Origin: Bryobacterales bacterium
Lineage (GTDB): Bacteria > Acidobacteriota > Terriglobia > Bryobacterales > Bryobacteraceae
Assembly (NCBI GenBank): GCA_963818855.1
Contig: CAWFUH010000002.1
Span: 298,471-362,470 of the forward strand
Reading direction: 5' to 3'
Length of the DNA stretch: 64,000 nucleotides
The notes beneath the pieces were generated by a model. The model was not told the origin of the DNA. It did no database searches and saw only the letters and a program-made list of their open reading frames with translations. Positions within the stretch are counted from its first letter, which is position 1. Each line of letters opens with the position of its first letter. The position numbers were made by a program, and so were the translations under genes. Positions 17,679-27,750 of this stretch are shown piece after piece.

Positions 17679-18977
17679 GTGCGATCGCGACTGGCGAGTC
17701 TGCTCCTGTTGATAATTTCGGCAGCGAGCGTAAGCGCTGCGGCGCCGCGAGTACTGGCGGTGGACGTGGATGGCATGATCCATCCAGTAACTGCCGATAT
17801 ACTGGCTCGCGCCATTCAACAGGCCAAACAAGAAAACGCGGCGGTGCTGCTGGTACGCCTGAATACGCCGGGCGGGTTGATGGACGCCATGCGCAAATCG
17901 ATTGAAGAAATCATTGCCGCGCCTATGCCGGTAGTAACCTACGTAGCTCCCAGCGGCGCGCGGGCGGCGTCGGCGGGCTTCTTCATTCTGGAGGCGGGCG
18001 ATGTGGCGGCGATGGCGCCGGGCACCAATACGGGCGCGGCGCATCCGGTGATGATTGGCGGCGAGATGGACGCCATCATGAAGCAGAAGGTGGAAAACGA
18101 CGCGGCGGCTTCGCTGCGCAGCGTCGTGGCCAAACGCGGGCGCAACAGCGCGGTGGCCGAGAAAGCCATTCGTGAGAGCCAATCGTTCACCGACAAAGAA
18201 GCACTCGACAACCACCTGATCGAGTTAGTCGCGAACGACGACCAGGACCTGCTAGACAAACTCGACGGCCGCGAGGTCACGCGCCTCGACGGCAGCAAGA
18301 CCGTGCTGCATACGCGCGGCGCCAGCGTCGAAGTCTACGAAAAAAATCTGCGCGAGAGAATCATATCGGCGATTGCCGATCCTAACTTGGCGTTGGTTCT
18401 GCTGGTGCTGGGCGTGCTCGGCATATACGTCGAATTCACTTCACCGGGGCTGATCGTACCCGGCATTCTGGGAGCTATCCTGGCGCTGCTGGGTCTCTCG
18501 GCTCTGTCAGTGCTGCCAATCAATTGGCTGGGCGCGGCGCTGTTGCTGCTGTCATTCACGCTGTTTGTGCTGGAGGCTAAGTTCGCCACGCACGGCATAC
18601 TCGGGGCCGGGGGAGCGTTGTCGATGGTTTTGGGCGCGGTGATGCTGATCAACAGTCCCGTGCCGGAAATGCGGATTCATCTTGCTACAGCGATCGCTCT
18701 GGCATTGCCCTTTTCGCTGATCACGATGGTGCTGGTCTCGCTGGTGATCCGGGCGCGCCGTAATAAGGTGGTCACGGGCAGTGAGGGCATGATTGGTGAA
18801 ATCGGCACGGCTGTCACGCCGCTCGCGCCGGATGGGAAAGTTTTCGTGCGCGGCGAATACTGGAATGCACTGGCGCCGGCGCAGGTGGCGGCGGGCGGGC
18901 AGGTGCGGGTAGTGGGCATGGATCAACTCAAACTCAAGGTGGAAGCTCTTCCGCCGCGGAACGGAGCCGCAACATGA
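17679..18977 (+). CDS. NfeD-family membrane-bound ClpP-class serine protease
   Basis: Signal peptide, then [18 protein letters not shown]. Central TM segments and a C-terminal OB-like NfeD domain ([10 protein letters not shown]). GTG at 17679 within ORF 17334..18977. Overlaps the stomatin gene by 4 nt. Confidence 0.85.
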   Translation: MRSRLASLLLLIISAASVSAAAPRVLAVDVDGMIHPVTADILARAIQQAKQENAAVLLVRLNTPGGLMDAMRKSIEEIIAAPMPVVTYVAPSGARAASAGFFILEAGDVAAMAPGTNTGAAHPVMIGGEMDAIMKQKVENDAAASLRSVVAKRGRNSAVAEKAIRESQSFTDKEALDNHLIELVANDDQDLLDKLDGREVTRLDGSKTVLHTRGASVEVYEKNLRERIISAIADPNLALVLLVLGVLGIYVEFTSPGLIVPGILGAILALLGLSALSVLPINWLGAALLLLSFTLFVLEAKFATHGILGAGGALSMVLGAVMLINSPVPEMRIHLATAIALALPFSLITMVLVSLVIRARRNKVVTGSEGMIGEIGTAVTPLAPDGKVFVRGEYWNALAPAQVAAGGQVRVVGMDQLKLKVEALPPRNGAAT

Positions 18978-19765
18978 TCGACTTCACGAGCTTTACCACG
19001 ATCGTGATTATTATCGTGGTGCTGTACCTGCTGTCCTCCATCAAGATCCTGCGCGAGTATGAGCGCGGCGTCATCTTCCGGCTGGGCCGCCTGCTGGATC
19101 AACCCAAGGGGCCGGGCATCATCCTGGTGTTCGCACCTATCGACCGCATGGTACGGGTTTCGCTGCGGGTGGAAACGCTGGAAGTGCCGCCGCAGGACGT
19201 AATCACGCGCGACAACGTCACGGTGAAAGTAAACGCGGTGATTTATTTTCGTGTGCTGGAGCCGCGGCTGGCAATCGTGGAGGTAGCCAATTTCCTGAAC
19301 GCTACGTCGCAACTGGCGCAAACCACGCTGCGCAGCGTGCTGGGCGAGGTGGAATTGGACGAGCTTCTGAGCCAGCGCGAAAAGCTCAACCTGCGGCTGC
19401 AATCCATCCTCGACCAGCACACCTCGCCTTGGGGCGTGAAAGTGACCGTGGTGGAAGTGAAGCAGGTGGACTTAGCCGAGCAGATGATTCGTGCCATCGC
19501 CCGCCAGGCGGAGGCCGAGCGCGAGCGGCGTGCCAAGATCATTCATGCGGAAGGCGAATACAGCGCGGCGGAGAAACTGGCAATGGCTGCCGAGGTGATT
19601 CAGCACCAGCCGGCCGCCATCCAATTGCGCTATCTGCAAACATTGGTGGAAATCGGCGTGGAGAAAAACACGACCATTATTTTCCCTCTGCCAATCGATA
19701 TACTGTCATCTTTGGAGCGTGCGTTGAGCAAGCTGGGCGAGCCATCCAAACCTGCTAATTCATGA
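18974..19765 (+). CDS. SPFH/band-7 (stomatin-like, slipin) protein
   Basis: [17 protein letters not shown]... and [16 protein letters not shown]. Classic NfeD-stomatin operon. Confidence 0.9.
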   Translation: MIDFTSFTTIVIIIVVLYLLSSIKILREYERGVIFRLGRLLDQPKGPGIILVFAPIDRMVRVSLRVETLEVPPQDVITRDNVTVKVNAVIYFRVLEPRLAIVEVANFLNATSQLAQTTLRSVLGEVELDELLSQREKLNLRLQSILDQHTSPWGVKVTVVEVKQVDLAEQMIRAIARQAEAERERRAKIIHAEGEYSAAEKLAMAAEVIQHQPAAIQLRYLQTLVEIGVEKNTTIIFPLPIDILSSLERALSKLGEPSKPANS

Positions 19766-20358
19766 AGAACAACGAAACCGGCGAGTTCGAACTGGTGCTG
19801 GGCAACCGGCAACTGTTGAGCGGATTTTTCGTAGTGGTGATCCTGTTCGCGGTGTTTTTCGTGATGGGGTACATCGTGGGGCGCAATTCCGCACCCACGA
19901 CGCAGCTGGCGGCGAGTCACGATCAAAACTCGGCGCCGGGCGGGCGGCCGCAGGCGGCTTCGGGGACTGCTCCGGCGACGCAGAATCCGCCAGCGGCTGC
20001 CGAGGAGCCGGCCAAGAAGGAAGAGGCCGGCGGCACCGCGGCAGCCCAGCCGCCCGCCACGCAGCCGGCACAGCCGACGGAGACGAAGCCGGTGTCGCCC
20101 GCTCCGGCTACTCCCGCCGCAGCCGCTGCAGTCGAACCGGCGCCTGGTGAGATCTACCTGCAAGTGACATCCGTCAAGCCGGACGTAGCCGACACGGTCG
20201 TGCGCGGGTTGAAGGACAAAGGCTTCCCGGCGGTGCTCGCTCCGGGTGTGCCGGGCCAGACGCGCGTGTTGGTGGGGCCTTACACCGATCGCGCCAAACT
20301 CGGACAGGCCAAAGCGGAACTGGAGCGTTTGGGATTCTCCCCATTTGTGAAAAGATAA
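19762..20358 (+). CDS. SPOR domain protein with an N-terminal TM helix and a Pro/Ala-rich linker
   Basis: C-terminal [31 protein letters not shown]...[25 protein letters not shown]. Confidence 0.75.
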   Translation: MKNNETGEFELVLGNRQLLSGFFVVVILFAVFFVMGYIVGRNSAPTTQLAASHDQNSAPGGRPQAASGTAPATQNPPAAAEEPAKKEEAGGTAAAQPPATQPAQPTETKPVSPAPATPAAAAAVEPAPGEIYLQVTSVKPDVADTVVRGLKDKGFPAVLAPGVPGQTRVLVGPYTDRAKLGQAKAELERLGFSPFVKR

Positions 20359-20363
20359 ATAAC

Positions 20364-21284
20364 GTGAGCGATACGTTAGTGCGCATCGGTGGAATAATTG
20401 GCCGCCCGGCGCGCCTGCCCGAGTGGGCCCGCAAGAGCGCTACGCACTATGAAGCGCTGCACCGCCTGAAAACCGGCTTCCGCGAACTGAATCTGCACAC
20501 GGTCTGCGAATCCGCGCGCTGCCCGAATATCCATGAATGCTTCGCGCGCGGTGCGGCCACTTTCATGATTCTGGGCAACCTGTGCACGCGGGGCTGCGGA
20601 TTCTGTTCCGTGCCCAAAGGATCGCCCGCGCGGCAGGATATGCAACTCGATCCGGCGGAGCCTGCCAATGTGGCGCGCATGGCCGCCAGCATGCAGCTGC
20701 AATATGTGGTGATCACCAGCGTAAATCGCGACGATTTGCGCGATGGCGGATCCGCGCATTTTGCCGAAACGGTGCGCGCGGTACGCGAGGCTTTGCCGGA
20801 CGCGCGCGTGGAAGTGCTGACGCCCGATTTTTGCGGAGACCTGCAGGCCGTGGCGCGTGTGCTGGATGCCGGGCCGCACGTGTTCAATCACAACATCGAA
20901 ACCGTGCCGCGCCTGTACAGCCGTGTGCGTCCGCAGGCCAATTATCAACAATCGCTCGATGTGCTGGATTTCGCGCGCCGCTACCGTCCGGCGATCCTTA
21001 CGAAATCCGGCCTGATGGCGGGCCTGGGCGAGACCGAAGCGGAGGTGCAGGCGGTGCTGCGCGATCTGCGGGCCGTGGACACGGCGGTGGCGACGATCGG
21101 GCAGTACTTGCGTCCCACGCGCCGCAACCTGCCGGTGGCGGCGTATATCGAGCCGCGGCAATTCGATGCGTATCGCGATTATGGCCTCGCGATCGGTTTC
21201 CGAATGGTGTTCAGCGGCCCACTGGTGCGTAGTTCGTACATGGCGGATCGGGTGAGCAACGAAGCACGGCGGTCCCCAAATTGA
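20364..21284 (+). CDS. lipA: Lipoyl synthase
   Basis: CESARCPNIHEC and the radical-SAM motif CTRGCGFCSV. GTG start. Confidence 0.95.
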   Translation: MSDTLVRIGGIIGRPARLPEWARKSATHYEALHRLKTGFRELNLHTVCESARCPNIHECFARGAATFMILGNLCTRGCGFCSVPKGSPARQDMQLDPAEPANVARMAASMQLQYVVITSVNRDDLRDGGSAHFAETVRAVREALPDARVEVLTPDFCGDLQAVARVLDAGPHVFNHNIETVPRLYSRVRPQANYQQSLDVLDFARRYRPAILTKSGLMAGLGETEAEVQAVLRDLRAVDTAVATIGQYLRPTRRNLPVAAYIEPRQFDAYRDYGLAIGFRMVFSGPLVRSSYMADRVSNEARRSPN

Positions 21285-22732
21285 AATATCTCGGGGCGCT
21301 CGTCACCGCCATCCTGCTGGTGCTGGCGTTTCCGACCTTCAATTTCGTCTGGTGCGCGCCGGTGGCGCTGGCGCCGCTGCTGATCGCCGTGGCCGTCGAG
21401 CCGCGCCCGTGGCGCAGATTTCTGCTGGGACACCTGGCAGGGGTGGTTTATTGGTTCGGCGTCTGTTATTGGATTGAAGCGGTGCTGGCCAACTACGGGG
21501 GGCTGAACATGCCGCTGGCGTGGCTGGCGCTTTTGCTCTTCTGCCTCATCAAGGCGCTGCACATGGGCGTATTCGCGCTGCTGGCCGGCATGCTGATGCG
21601 CAAGTGGTGGGCGGTGCCGGCGGTGGCGGCGCTGTGGGTGGCGATCGAGGCCACCCACGGAATGCTGGGGTTCGCGTGGCTCGCGTTGGGCAACGCAGGC
21701 ATCGACATGGGACTGCCGATGCGCCTGGCACCCATCACCAGCGTGTACGGTCTGTCGTTCGTCTTTATGATGATGGCCACGGCGCTGGCGCTGGCTGCGC
21801 TGCGGCGTCCGCGCGTGGAACTGATGTGGCTGCTACTGCTGCCATTTTTGATCTTCCTGCCGGCGCTGCCCGATGCGCGGCGCGGGCGGGAGACGGCCGT
21901 GCTGGTGCAGCCGAACATATCCGAAGATACCCAGTGGACGCCCGAATCGGTGGACCGCATGCAGCGTAATCTGGCGGCGCTTTCGCTGCGGACGGCGATG
22001 ACGGGCGGAACGGAGCATCCCGCGCTGATCGTTTGGCCGGAGGTGCCCGCGCCGCTCTATTACGATGCGGACCCGCGGTTCCGCGGCTATGTGGAGGATC
22101 TGGCGCGCGCCGCCGATACGTATCTTCTGCTGGGGGTGGTGGCCCATACGCCGCAAGGCGCGCCGCTGAATTCGGCCATATTGGTTGCGCCGGATGGGCG
22201 GCTGGTGACGCGCTATGACAAGGTCAACCTGGTGCCTTTCGGCGAGTTCGTGCCCTGGCCGTTCGATTTCGTCAAGCGCATTACCACGGAAGTCGGCGAT
22301 TTCACACCTGGCAAGCAGGTGGTGGTTTCGCCCATCGGCGGCCATAAATTGGGTGTCTTCATTTGTTATGAATCGGTGTTCCCCAACTTCGTGCGGCGTT
22401 TCGCGGCAGGGGGCGCCGGGGTGTTGTTCAACATCTCGAACGACGGCTACTTCGGCAGGAGCAACGCGCGCTGGCAGCATCTGGAGATTGTGCGCATGCG
22501 GGCGGCGGAGAACCGGCGCTGGATTTTGCGATCGACGAACGATGGCATTACCGGGACGATCGATCCGGCGGGACGCATCCGCGGCACTTTGCCGCTTTAT
22601 ATGGAGGGGGCTTCGCGCACGGGGTTTTCGTATATTGACGAGCGCACTATTTATACGCGCTACGGCGATTGGTTTCCGATTCTGTGTGGGGTGGTGTCGT
22701 TGGGGCTGCTGATGATTGGTTTGCGACGTTAA
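21281..22732 (+). CDS. lnt: Apolipoprotein N-acyltransferase
   Basis: Multi-TM N-terminal half plus a CN-hydrolase domain (IVWPE, VFICYESVFP). TTG start overlapping the lipA stop. Confidence 0.9.
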   Translation: MKYLGALVTAILLVLAFPTFNFVWCAPVALAPLLIAVAVEPRPWRRFLLGHLAGVVYWFGVCYWIEAVLANYGGLNMPLAWLALLLFCLIKALHMGVFALLAGMLMRKWWAVPAVAALWVAIEATHGMLGFAWLALGNAGIDMGLPMRLAPITSVYGLSFVFMMMATALALAALRRPRVELMWLLLLPFLIFLPALPDARRGRETAVLVQPNISEDTQWTPESVDRMQRNLAALSLRTAMTGGTEHPALIVWPEVPAPLYYDADPRFRGYVEDLARAADTYLLLGVVAHTPQGAPLNSAILVAPDGRLVTRYDKVNLVPFGEFVPWPFDFVKRITTEVGDFTPGKQVVVSPIGGHKLGVFICYESVFPNFVRRFAAGGAGVLFNISNDGYFGRSNARWQHLEIVRMRAAENRRWILRSTNDGITGTIDPAGRIRGTLPLYMEGASRTGFSYIDERTIYTRYGDWFPILCGVVSLGLLMIGLRR

Positions 22733-22885
22733 GCTACTCCTCGAACGGCATCATCAATATCATTTGCGTGACTGGCATTCAACCAGAATTCTCTGGGTAA
22801 CAACGCCAATCCAAAACCATTTATCTGGACGGCTCGCGCACCAATATTCTGGGAAAGGTAAACCGCGCTCGCACAGGCCTACGCA

Positions 22886-23305
22886 ATGTCGCTAAAGATT
22901 CGCTTCACAAACAAGATGGATTACGAGCCAGATCTCGCGCTAGGCGAGATTACGCTGGACGACTTCGTCGAGACGTTTGAAACACCCCTGACATTCTGGA
23001 AGGCAGACCGTTACGAACGCCAGTGGCGAGAAGACATTGACCGATTGTTGAAGGGAGCCCTGAGGTCATGCCTAATTACATCGATGCTTGACCCCAGATC
23101 CGAGGTGTTTGGGGTCTGGTGGAAGCTCTACCGTGAAGGGGACCACGTCGTCGTGCAGAACCAATTGCTCCTGACAGAAGTACTCGGCGGAGACTTGGAC
23201 CCAGATGAGCCGTACCGCTCCATCCCGGAACGGCTACCGTTTAACGCCGAGGGAGCACTGGTATCCGAATGGCTTCTTGAATTCAGCGAAATCGGAGCTC
23301 TCTGA
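22886..23305 (+). CDS. Small acidic Trp-rich hypothetical protein; possibly a CdiI-like (polymorphic-toxin) immunity protein
   Basis: 139 aa. The pattern GEITLDDFVETFETPLTFWKADRYERQWRE...LITSMLDP...GVWWKLYREGDHVVVQNQLLL...IPER...GALVSEW resembles, from memory, the Enterobacter cloacae-type CdiI family. Lower-GC surroundings. Confidence 0.35.
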   Translation: MSLKIRFTNKMDYEPDLALGEITLDDFVETFETPLTFWKADRYERQWREDIDRLLKGALRSCLITSMLDPRSEVFGVWWKLYREGDHVVVQNQLLLTEVLGGDLDPDEPYRSIPERLPFNAEGALVSEWLLEFSEIGAL

Positions 23306-23392
23306 AACCCGTACGGGCGCGTTAAAGGCCAATCTGCCTAGCGCACTACACTCTAGGGTGCCCCAAAGTCCGGTCAGTCGGATCGCCTGTCA

Positions 23393-24028
23393 TCACTGAA
23401 TCGTCGGCTCGAAACCAGCGCCATTCGGGTCGGCCTCGGCCGTTCCCGACCGCAGATCCCACTCCGCAGCCAGAACGTCAGCGGTCGAGTCCAGTAGCTC
23501 CAGCAGAGCGTCCAGCCTTCGTGCAAACTTCCGCAAGTCGAAAGAATCCCGAGCTTCGGTTTCGCCGGGAAAGCGGAACACGTACTGGCCGGGATCAACT
23601 TCGTTGACGCTCTCAATGATCGCTTTAAAATCGTCCAGGTTCTCAATGCCCTGGCACTTGAATTCCTGTTGCCACCCCAACGCTGTCACAATCTGGCACA
23701 CGAACTGCGCCAGCCAGGACACCGAGTGCGTCTTGCCAATCGAGATCCGGTCGGGCCTGGTCCGCAGAAAATTGCCGCCTTCAGCGAGAACAATCGCCTT
23801 TAGGTAAAGCTCTAAGGCGTGGCGGTACATGAAGACGACCGGACCGGCTGCGAGGGGGGTATACGGGCCGGAATGGAGGTCGGTCGCTTCCGCCAGATTC
23901 TTCGCAGCCGCATGAAAGGAGCGGGCGAAGAGCCACAAATCCTGCTCCGGGATGTTGCGCCGACCCAGCGTTTTATTGCGTAACGCGGGATTTGGCGCGG
24001 AATGACGACGACGGCTCCGCTTCTGCAT
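23393..24028 (-). CDS. Hypothetical protein, weakly HEPN-like
   Basis: 211 aa, predicted all-helical (VVFMYRHALELYLKAIVL). A candidate Rx6H motif (DRISIGKTHSVSWL). No confident family. Confidence 0.3.
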   Translation of the reverse strand: MQKRSRRRHSAPNPALRNKTLGRRNIPEQDLWLFARSFHAAAKNLAEATDLHSGPYTPLAAGPVVFMYRHALELYLKAIVLAEGGNFLRTRPDRISIGKTHSVSWLAQFVCQIVTALGWQQEFKCQGIENLDDFKAIIESVNEVDPGQYVFRFPGETEARDSFDLRKFARRLDALLELLDSTADVLAAEWDLRSGTAEADPNGAGFEPTIQ

Positions 24029-24238
24029 GCCTATTTCAGTTTAGTGCCAACGCTGCGAGCCGTCACTACCTTTACTAAACCTCAAATAGCGAGACGGCCC
24101 ACCCAGTGTGTGCCGTGTTCGTGGCAGGTTGGCTACAAGGCAGCATGAGTACGATGATTATCGTGTCACACCGCCTGGCGCGAACTGCCGGCCGCGTGAT
24201 TGCCGGTGCCTCAGGGCTGAAAAGTAGAGCAATCCGAG

Positions 24239-24796
24239 TTACGAACCCTCTACCCGCAGGTTATTCGTCACGGAAAAAACGTTCGGCACGCCATTAGCCC
24301 GCAGGTTACACAAGTTCTTATCCATCTCGTTGGCCACTACGCCCTCCAAGGTGACGTGGCCGTTTTCGACGATGATGTGAATCGAAGGCACGGCGCGGAA
24401 GCCATAGCGCGTGGATAACGCGGGATCGCCGTAAATCGCGCGGTAGACGGCCCGGCGGATCTGGTCATCCATAGGCGAGAGCGGCAATACTTTGATCTCG
24501 TTGGTCACTTGGGTAACGCCTTCGATGCGCTTCACGACGTTTTCGGCATCCGATTTCAATGTGGGACGCACAACCGCGCCCAGCAGCGTAACAGTGCTGC
24601 CCTCGACGCGAAAGGCGAGGTCGTCGAAGACGCCGTAGTAGGGCAGCATTACGAGTTGATGGCGCACCTGTTGCGCGATATGGCTCTCGTTGGGACTGCC
24701 CGCCACGAACGCGTCATCATGCTGTTTCTGCGCAGCCCGTCCCGTGGCGATGACGAGGCATCCCGCTAGAATCAACCGGCTTACTCGACCTGACAT
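24239..24796 (-). CDS. BON domain periplasmic protein (OsmY-like)
   Basis: Signal peptide plus two BON units (FRVEGSTVTLLGAVVRPTLKSDAENVVKRIEGVTQVTNEIKV; IIVENGHVTLEGVVANEMDKN). Confidence 0.8.
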   Translation of the reverse strand: MSGRVSRLILAGCLVIATGRAAQKQHDDAFVAGSPNESHIAQQVRHQLVMLPYYGVFDDLAFRVEGSTVTLLGAVVRPTLKSDAENVVKRIEGVTQVTNEIKVLPLSPMDDQIRRAVYRAIYGDPALSTRYGFRAVPSIHIIVENGHVTLEGVVANEMDKNLCNLRANGVPNVFSVTNNLRVEGS

Positions 24797-24884
24797 ACAT
24801 CCTCCTCTAAGTCCAGTGTAAGTGGACGGCCGTGTTCGGGGTTAGCGGTAACATCAAGGTGGATCGTCGGGTTTGTGAGGTTTT

Positions 24885-25778
24885 TCACCGAATCGTTGCC
24901 AGCCACTCGCGCGCCACCGCAGCGACCGGCTGATGCGCACCATCCACTTTGTGATTCATGTCACGCATAGCTGCGGCCGTAATCTTGCCCGCGAGTTGGT
25001 TGAGCGCCGCGCGGAGGCCCGGATGGGCTTGCAGACTTTCGGAGCGCACGATGACTGCGGCCTGGTACGGCGGAAAATAGTGCCGGTCGTCGCGCAGGAC
25101 CTGTACGTCCAGCACGGACAGCATGCCGTCGGTGGCATTCGCCGCGGCCATATCCACCTGCTTCTGTTCGAGTGCGCTGTAGAGCAGTCCCAGATCCATG
25201 CTCTTGGGGGCGCCGGCCAGAGGCAAATGGTAGGTGCGGAGCAAGCCGGCTAAGCCGTCGGGACGCTGTAAGAATTCGTAACCCACGCCGAGCGTCCAGC
25301 CTTGTTTGCGGCGGGCGGCGTCGGAGAGTGTGGCGATTCCCTCCGCGCGCGCCTGGGGACCGCGTACCACCATGGCGAACGTGTTGTCGAAGCCGAGGGG
25401 ATCCAGCCACTCGAGTCCCCAGCGCCTCCGGTACTCCGTGCGCACGGTTTCCAGCACGGCGGCTGGGTCGGACGAAGGGGGGAGTTTCAGCACCGCGGTG
25501 AGGGCAGTGCCGGTGTATTCGGGGTACATGTCGATCTCGCCGTTACGCAAGGCCTGCTGCGCCAGGAGCGTGCCGCCCAAATCCAGTTTGCGGGCTACCT
25601 TAACGTGGAGGCTGCGTTCCAATTGTTGGGCGACGATCTCGCCCAGGATGATCTGCTCGGTGAAGTTCTTGGAGCCGACGGTCAGCGGGTGGGTGCGCGA
25701 ACAGCCTAGCGCGGGTAAAATGAGCAGGGCGCAGGCCGCGATGTATGCGAAGGAAGGCCTCTTCGGCGGAACATTCAT
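24885..25778 (-). CDS. Glycine betaine/osmoprotectant ABC-type substrate-binding lipoprotein (orphan)
   Basis: Lipobox LILPALGCS, then VGSKNFTEQIILGEIVAQQLE...GEIDMYPEYTGTAL. The listed ORF (to 26039) is extended upstream through a REP-like element; the ATG at 25778 is preferred. Confidence 0.8.
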   Translation of the reverse strand: MNVPPKRPSFAYIAACALLILPALGCSRTHPLTVGSKNFTEQIILGEIVAQQLERSLHVKVARKLDLGGTLLAQQALRNGEIDMYPEYTGTALTAVLKLPPSSDPAAVLETVRTEYRRRWGLEWLDPLGFDNTFAMVVRGPQARAEGIATLSDAARRKQGWTLGVGYEFLQRPDGLAGLLRTYHLPLAGAPKSMDLGLLYSALEQKQVDMAAANATDGMLSVLDVQVLRDDRHYFPPYQAAVIVRSESLQAHPGLRAALNQLAGKITAAAMRDMNHKVDGAHQPVAAVAREWLATIR

Positions 25779-25825
25779 CGCTACGATTCTACACAAATCG
25801 CGGCCGCAACAATGGGTTCGCTGTA

Positions 25826-25864
25826 GCGGGGCTGAAGCCCCGCGCCGGCTAAAGCCCGCCTTCC
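25826..25864 (-). repeat. REP-like double-hairpin element
   Basis: GCGGGGC-tgaa-GCCCCGC (25826-25843) plus GCCGGC-taaa-GCCCGC (25844-25859). This is the reverse complement of the core at 32420 and 36170. Confidence 0.8.
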
Positions 25865-25900
25865 ACGGGCCGCACACACTGGGAGAATTTGGAAGTCGGA

Positions 25901-27409
25901 TTATTGCGCGGCGGTCAGTTCTGCATCGGCCAACAGGGTGGGCGCCGCCGTGTACTGGCGCGCAACCTGCGGCGTCACTACATAGCGCATGGCCTGTTCG
26001 GCTATTTTGCGGAATTGCGGATCGCCGCTGGCGCGCCACACGGAGTTCGCAGCGCGAGCCAAGGCGACGTTTTCATCCCGTTCGGGATGCGGGCGGTAAG
26101 CGGCATCGGTGGCCGTGCGCGCGGTGACATAGCCCGCGCCGGCGGTGTCAGGAAAATTGGCGGCGATGAACGCGAGGCCGTGCTCCGCACGTTCCAGCCA
26201 CTTCCGATCCTGGGTTGCGGAGTAGAGGCTGAGAAACGCGCGGGTCATGGCCAGTGTGTCACCCAGGTACGGCCCGGCGGAGTCTGTCTCGTCGTGCCGG
26301 AATCCGCCGTCGCCCAGCGCACGGTGCGCCATCACCCAGCGCGCCGCACGCTCCGCCTCAGCCAGACAGGCGGGGTCCGGAACCGCCTGAGACAACACCG
26401 TCAGCGCCGTGATGGCCCATCCGTTTTCGCGCGCGTAAATGTGCCGGTCGACGCGCGGCACACCCAGCCGGCGGCGGCCGGCGTCGTTCAATTTGAAGTA
26501 CGCCGCGCTGTGCCGGCCATCGATCAAATCGGCGTCCTGGCTGGTGTAGAACGCGCCGTCGGGCGAGGTCAGGAAGGACTGCAGAAACCGGCGAATATCC
26601 CGGGCCGCCTGGAGATACTCGGGCTTATGGAATTGCTGCCAGGCCATGGCGTAGATGCGCAGATTTTCGGCCTGAAACTGCATGATTTTTTCAAAATGCG
26701 GATGCTTCCAATCGCCGTCGGTCGAATACTGATAAACGCCGCCCCACACCGGATCGATCAAGTTGAGCTGCGCAGTCAGCGTCTCGAGCGCCATCTTCTC
26801 GGCCTGCGCGTCACCCTGGCGGGCCAACAGCATGGCGTACTCTACGCCGTCCCAATCGAGAAACTTCTGATTGAATCCCCAACTGCCGTTTTTCGAATCG
26901 TAGCGGAGGCGGTAGTTGGCCGCGAGCTGCTCGCGCATCTCGGCGGGCAGCGTGGGACTGGACGCGAACTGGATCGGCTCTTCGGCGACGACGGACGGCC
27001 CCGGTGCGGGATCGGCGATGATGGCCCGCAGCATGGCAATCATCTCCCGCGGCGCGATGTAGCCTGCGCGCTTGACGATTTCGTGACCCGCGGGGTCGAA
27101 TACGATGGTGGCCGGCCAGCCGTAATCCTCATAGCGGCTGGAAAGATCCGGCCGGGAATCCTGGTCCACCTTCACCAGGACATACTTGGATTTCAATAGC
27201 GCCACCGCGGTGGGGTCTTGATACGTGGTGGCATCCATCACGTGGCACCAGTGGCACCAGACGGCTTCCAGATCGAGCAGGACGAAACGGTCTTCGCGTT
27301 TGGCGCGCGCGAAAACGTCGTCGGACCACTGGTTCCATTCGAGCGGTGGCGGCGGGGTGCCGGCCCAGGCGGAAACGGCCAGGAGCAGAGCGGGTAATAG
27401 CTGCCTCAT
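25901..27409 (-). CDS. DUF255 thioredoxin-domain protein (YyaL/SSP411-like)
   Basis: Signal peptide. FVLLDLEAVWCHWCHVMD thioredoxin-like N-domain. A long alpha/alpha-toroid-like C-terminal region. Confidence 0.8.
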   Translation of the reverse strand: MRQLLPALLLAVSAWAGTPPPPLEWNQWSDDVFARAKREDRFVLLDLEAVWCHWCHVMDATTYQDPTAVALLKSKYVLVKVDQDSRPDLSSRYEDYGWPATIVFDPAGHEIVKRAGYIAPREMIAMLRAIIADPAPGPSVVAEEPIQFASSPTLPAEMREQLAANYRLRYDSKNGSWGFNQKFLDWDGVEYAMLLARQGDAQAEKMALETLTAQLNLIDPVWGGVYQYSTDGDWKHPHFEKIMQFQAENLRIYAMAWQQFHKPEYLQAARDIRRFLQSFLTSPDGAFYTSQDADLIDGRHSAAYFKLNDAGRRRLGVPRVDRHIYARENGWAITALTVLSQAVPDPACLAEAERAARWVMAHRALGDGGFRHDETDSAGPYLGDTLAMTRAFLSLYSATQDRKWLERAEHGLAFIAANFPDTAGAGYVTARTATDAAYRPHPERDENVALARAANSVWRASGDPQFRKIAEQAMRYVVTPQVARQYTAAPTLLADAELTAAQ

Positions 27410-27447
27410 AACCTATGTTACGGGCAGCGGTAACGACTTGGATTGCT

Positions 27448-27750
27448 TTACCGGCGCATCCAGTGGCCGCGTACGAAGCGGTAGTGGCGGCCATTCGGGA
27501 CCCAGTGGGCGGGGACCCAACGCGCACCGGGCCTTGGCGCCCGCAGCCAGCTTCCAGGGACCCAGCCCCAGCTTCCACCACGCCAATCCCAGTACCCGTC
27601 GGCCCACACAAAGCCTGGCCCGGGTGCCACGCCCACAACTCCGTAGCGTGGGGGAGGCGGCGGCGCAGCGATATAGACGCCTCCGGAGCAAGCGCCGAGT
27701 ACCAGCAGGGCGGGCGCGGCCAACCATGACAACCTAAGTTTTCGGTTCAT
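27448..27750 (-). CDS. Small lipoprotein with YxWxxGxW repeats
   Basis: Lipobox LLVLGACS. Repeats WADGYWDWRGGSWGWVPGSW and WVPAHWV. Confidence 0.7.
   Translation of the reverse strand: MNRKLRLSWLAAPALLVLGACSGGVYIAAPPPPPRYGVVGVAPGPGFVWADGYWDWRGGSWGWVPGSWLRAPRPGARWVPAHWVPNGRHYRFVRGHWMRR

Noticed and set aside
25779-26039. Upstream extension of the betaine-binding protein ORF
   Set aside because: The extension runs through the REP-like element (peptide GFSRRGASAPLQR) and into the 3' end of the neighbouring gene. The lipoprotein signal peptide begins at the internal ATG at 25778.
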